32,000 bases of DNA from NCBI GenBank assembly GCA_031256725.1, contig JAIRQE010000006.1, forward strand, positions 1 through 32,000. Reading direction: 5' to 3'. Both the position numbers and the translations under genes were made by a program. This DNA comes from Propionibacteriaceae bacterium (GTDB lineage Bacteria; Actinomycetota; Actinomycetes; Propionibacteriales; Propionibacteriaceae). A model generated the notes under the pieces. It saw only the letters and a program-made list of their open reading frames with translations, did no database searches and was not told where the DNA came from. Shown in pieces: positions 28,837 through 32,000 of this stretch (positions within the stretch are counted from its first letter, which is position 1; every line of letters begins with the position of its first letter).

Positions 28837-29262
28837 ATGCGTGGGTCCTGGATGCCTAAGCTTGATGACAAATCTCGCTTGACCCTGCCTGCAAAGTACC
28901 GAGTTGAACTAACGGACGAGGTGACAGTGGTATGCGAACAAGAGAGGTGCTTGGCGATCTATCCAAAAGCAGTCTTGGACTCGATGATGGAAAGGATTAA
29001 CTCAGCACCCTCAACACTGCGAGAAGTACGCGAGTACCAGCGCTGGTCCCAGCACCGCGCAGAGGATGCCAACCCTGACAAGCAGGGGAGGATCACTATC
29101 ACGGCTATCCAGAGAATGTGGGCTGGGTTGGACCGGGATGTTGTTGTCATTGGAGCAGGTAACCGGCTTGAGGTATGGAATCCCGAGGCTTGGATCGCCT
29201 ATTCCCAGGCGCTAGACGACAAGTTTGCAGATTTTGATGGAGAGATTTACCCAAGGGACTGA
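28837..29262 (+). CDS. mraZ: Transcriptional regulator MraZ
   Basis: 141 aa. Two SpoVT/AbrB-like repeats with DxxxR-type motifs (LDDKSRLTLPAKYR and PDKQGRITITAIQR). First gene of the dcw cluster. Confidence 0.93.
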   Translation: MRGSWMPKLDDKSRLTLPAKYRVELTDEVTVVCEQERCLAIYPKAVLDSMMERINSAPSTLREVREYQRWSQHRAEDANPDKQGRITITAIQRMWAGLDRDVVVIGAGNRLEVWNPEAWIAYSQALDDKFADFDGEIYPRD

Positions 29263-29263
29263 G

Positions 29264-30211
29264 ATGGAAACCTCATTTACGCATGTACCAGTCATGTGTG
29301 AGGAGATCCTGTCTCTCCTCGCGCCAGCATTAAACGCCCCTGATTCAATCATGGTTGATGCCACTCTCGGCTTGGGTGGTCATTCCCTGGCAGCCTTGAC
29401 CCGCTTCGATTCACTCACAATTATTGGTATTGATCGTGATCCACAGGCCCTAGATATGGCTAGGGCTACCCTTTCCCGGTTCGGGGATAGGGTGGAAACC
29501 CATCAGGCAACCTATGATCAGATTGAGGAGATCCTTCAGGGTCGCAGAGTTGAAGCGGTCCTCTTTGATCTGGGACTATCATCCCTGCAAATAGATTCCA
29601 AAGAACGCGGGTTCGCTTATGCGGCCGATGCACCGTTGTCAATGAGAATGGATGGGAATGATTCCGAGCTCACAGCAGCCGATGTTGTGAACACCTATAC
29701 GGCTGCGGAGTTGGAGTGGATCTTCAGGATCTATGGCGACGAGAAATACGCTCGCAGAATCGCACAGGCCATTGTTAGCGAGAGGGAACGGGAACCCTTC
29801 AGTACCTCTGCCCGATTAGTTGATGTGATTCTGTCAGCAGTACCAGTTCGTGATACTCGCAGTGGGCATCCTGCTAAGAGGCCCTTTCAAGCAATTCGCA
29901 TGGAAGTAAACCAGGAGCGAGCCATTCTTGAGAAGGCCCTTCCGGACGCCCTCAATGTACTAAAAGTCGACGGACGTATGGCAGTATTAAGTTATCACTC
30001 AGGAGAGGATCGCCTTGTCAAGCGAGTTTTCTCCCAGGCACATACTGATCACGTACCTCCGGGGGTGCCCATCGTACCTCAGGAACATCGAGCCAAATTC
30101 GCTCTGGTGACCCGAGGGGCGCTCAAGCCCAGTCAGGAAGATGCAGAGCTAAACCCACGCGCAAAACCAGCCCGCTTGCGTGTGATCACCCGAATTGAGG
30201 AGGACAAATGA
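29264..30211 (+). CDS. rsmH: 16S rRNA (cytosine1402-N4)-methyltransferase RsmH (MraW)
   Basis: 315 aa from the ATG at 29264, 1 nt after the mraZ stop. HVPVM N-terminus, SAM-binding site DATLGLGGHS, and FDLGLSSLQID. Confidence 0.95.
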   Translation: METSFTHVPVMCEEILSLLAPALNAPDSIMVDATLGLGGHSLAALTRFDSLTIIGIDRDPQALDMARATLSRFGDRVETHQATYDQIEEILQGRRVEAVLFDLGLSSLQIDSKERGFAYAADAPLSMRMDGNDSELTAADVVNTYTAAELEWIFRIYGDEKYARRIAQAIVSEREREPFSTSARLVDVILSAVPVRDTRSGHPAKRPFQAIRMEVNQERAILEKALPDALNVLKVDGRMAVLSYHSGEDRLVKRVFSQAHTDHVPPGVPIVPQEHRAKFALVTRGALKPSQEDAELNPRAKPARLRVITRIEEDK

Positions 30212-30753
30212 GCGCATTAGAAACCCAGGAATTATCTGTGAGAACTCAAGGTTCCTCTCTGCGTAGCATCCCTCAATCCAAGTCTGTTCGGGTACTGCCT
30301 ACGGGGGCATTCCCCATTCTGATCCTCGGATTACTAGCTGGTGGAATGGTGGGGCATCTCCTACTCCAAACCAGGATTCAGGAGCAAGGCTTCGAATTAG
30401 CGGCACTCCAGACTCAGGTGGATCATCTCAGTGCTGAAGAAGCCATGTGGCGTGCAACCCTTGATAGGCAGTCCACGCCAACACAATTGGCCTATGCAGC
30501 CGCACAATTGGGGATGGTTGCCAACCCCTACAGCAATATCCTTGTTCTTCCTACAGGGGAGGTCTTGGGGGCGCAAAAACCTGTGAAGGGTAATGAAGTA
30601 TCGATCATCTCAGCGGCACCTATACTCCCGCAGCTCACCCCCGCTGAGGAGATGGCTGATGAGGCTGCAGAAGCAATAGATGAGGATGTAGAAGTACCAG
30701 AAGAGGCGGCTAGCGAGGATGAAACAACCCAAGAGGATTGGGTGCAACCATGA
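30208..30753 (+). CDS. ftsL: Cell division protein FtsL-like (single TM, coiled coil, acidic tail)
   Basis: 181 aa. ATGA overlaps on both sides. One TM helix (AFPILILGLLAGGMVGHLLL) followed by a coiled-coil segment. Its position between rsmH and ftsI is conserved. Confidence 0.75.
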   Translation: MSALETQELSVRTQGSSLRSIPQSKSVRVLPTGAFPILILGLLAGGMVGHLLLQTRIQEQGFELAALQTQVDHLSAEEAMWRATLDRQSTPTQLAYAAAQLGMVANPYSNILVLPTGEVLGAQKPVKGNEVSIISAAPILPQLTPAEEMADEAAEAIDEDVEVPEEAASEDETTQEDWVQP

Positions 30754-32000
30754 GTAAGCCAACCTCGTCCTTCTGGATAGCGAAACTGGGGAAGACCCAG
30801 TCCAGGCTCCAGGGACTCGTCATTGTTTTTATCGTCTTATCATTGGTGATCGCAGCTCGATGCATGTATCTACAAGGCCTTGATCCGGGCGGTCATGGTA
30901 CTCAAGCTCTCATGCCTGAGACGAAGAAGATCCCAGCAACCCGTGGCACGATTGTGGATCGCAATGGGCAGGTTCTCGCTGAGTCGGTACCTGCAATGAA
31001 TATCACTGCTGATCCCACCATTGTTGCCACCAATGGGCGTGTAGCCGAGAAGATGACATTGGCTCAACGCCTCAAGGCACAGGCTGGCCCAGGTATCATT
31101 GCTGGGATTTTGGCGACCCATCTTGATGGAGATTTCCAGGAGTACTATGACCAACTCACTCGAACGACGAGGGAGGATGGTTCTGCTAATCGCTATGTGA
31201 TGTTGGCGCCCCATGTACTGACGTACAGTAATATCTCGTTGAGACAGCGCATCAACGAATTAGGGTACATTGGTCTCTACAGAGAGAATGCACCAGTACG
31301 AAGCTATCCCAATGGTACTGTGGGGGCTAATATCTTGGGGTTCATGACCTTCTCGGATGCCCTCCAAGCTGAGGGGAAGTACCCGTGGACTGGTGGTGAA
31401 GGACTCGAATTAAGCCTCAATGCTCAGTTGTCTGGTGTCGACGGCGAGGAGATCTTTGAATCCAGCCCCTATGGACGTATCCCCACTGGGACCGCAACGA
31501 TCAAAGAGCCCGAGGAAGGGATCTCGTATGAACTCACCTTGGATCTTGGGTTGCAGTACATGCAAGACCAGCGTTTGGCTCATGCTGTGACATCCTCTGG
31601 AGCTCGATCAGGGATGGCAATCACGATGTCTGTGACCGGGGAGGTACTCGCAATGTCGAATTACCCCACCTTCGATCCCAATGATCTCTCCAATGTGGAT
31701 TCATCTGTCTTGGGTAACTTGGCGATCCGCCATGCGTACGAGCCTGGGTCGGTACAAAAGGTCCTAACGATGGCGGCCCTCATCGACGCCGGTATCGTTG
31801 CTCCAGATACTCGGGTGGTTGTACCAGGGACAATCGCCAGCGCCGACACTACCATTAGAGATGCGTGGACTCACGGTACTATCCAGCGGACAGCGACTGG
31901 TGTTCTTGTTGAATCCTCGAATGTGGGGACCATTATCCTGGCTCGTCAAATGGCTAAAGAGGATCTTGTCTCCTATTTGCGCAACTTCGGTCTCGGGGCA
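30750..32000 (+). CDS. ftsI: Penicillin-binding protein, FtsI/PBP3-type transpeptidase (3' truncated by the window end)
   Basis: Open frame from the ATG at 30750 to the window end (417 codons), absent from the ORF track because it has no stop. N-terminal TM (LVIVFIVLSLVIAA), PBP dimerisation-domain motif RGTIVDRNG, and transpeptidase SxxK motif YEPGSVQK at about 31737-31760. Confidence 0.9.
   Translation, partial: MSKPTSSFWIAKLGKTQSRLQGLVIVFIVLSLVIAARCMYLQGLDPGGHGTQALMPETKKIPATRGTIVDRNGQVLAESVPAMNITADPTIVATNGRVAEKMTLAQRLKAQAGPGIIAGILATHLDGDFQEYYDQLTRTTREDGSANRYVMLAPHVLTYSNISLRQRINELGYIGLYRENAPVRSYPNGTVGANILGFMTFSDALQAEGKYPWTGGEGLELSLNAQLSGVDGEEIFESSPYGRIPTGTATIKEPEEGISYELTLDLGLQYMQDQRLAHAVTSSGARSGMAITMSVTGEVLAMSNYPTFDPNDLSNVDSSVLGNLAIRHAYEPGSVQKVLTMAALIDAGIVAPDTRVVVPGTIASADTTIRDAWTHGTIQRTATGVLVESSNVGTIILARQMAKEDLVSYLRNFGLGA

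Noticed and set aside
28581-28859. 92-aa Trp-rich + strand ORF between the DUF3040 gene and mraZ.
   Set aside because: It runs straight through a strong Rho-independent terminator and the GTGGG repeat array. The Trp richness is a by-product of the TGG repeats, and there is no SD.

Overview
This window is a compact, almost gap-free stretch of core chromosome with clear Actinomycetota-type synteny and moderate GC by eye. I cannot assign it to a taxon. I call 31 protein-coding genes. On the minus strand: dnaG, then dgt. A divergent small sigma-70-family factor follows, then tig-clpP1-clpP2-clpX. Next is a divergent pair of polytopic GT-C-type glycosyltransferases (DUF2029/GT87-like and MptB-like), then an enoyl-CoA hydratase/HIBCH-family gene. 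A minus-strand run follows: yajQ, xthA, membrane metallophosphoesterase. The rest is infC-rpmI-rplT, a TrmH-family methyltransferase, pheS-pheT, argC-argJ-argB-argD-argR-argH, tyrS, a DUF3040 gene, and the start of the dcw cluster (mraZ-rsmH-ftsL-ftsI, truncated at the window end). Many neighbouring genes overlap by 4 or 8 nt (ATGA type). I found no rRNA, tRNA, CRISPR array, transposase, integrase, phage gene or recognisable defence gene. I do not see convincing evidence of a novel multi-gene system; the region looks like ordinary housekeeping DNA. The signals most worth a second look are regulatory or architectural: (1) a structured leader ending in a canonical intrinsic terminator that directly abuts the infC Shine-Dalgarno, together with a non-AUG (AUC) infC start; (2) two tandem palindromic ARG-box-like sites ending just before the argC start; (3) an arg cluster with no room for argF or argG; (4) a helically phased array of GTGGG repeats upstream of mraZ; (5) a perfect TGTGA-N6-TCACA palindrome between dnaG and the sigma factor; (6) the minimal sigma factor itself. 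All functional readings of these sites are inference from sequence plus recalled family knowledge. None was verified by a search.
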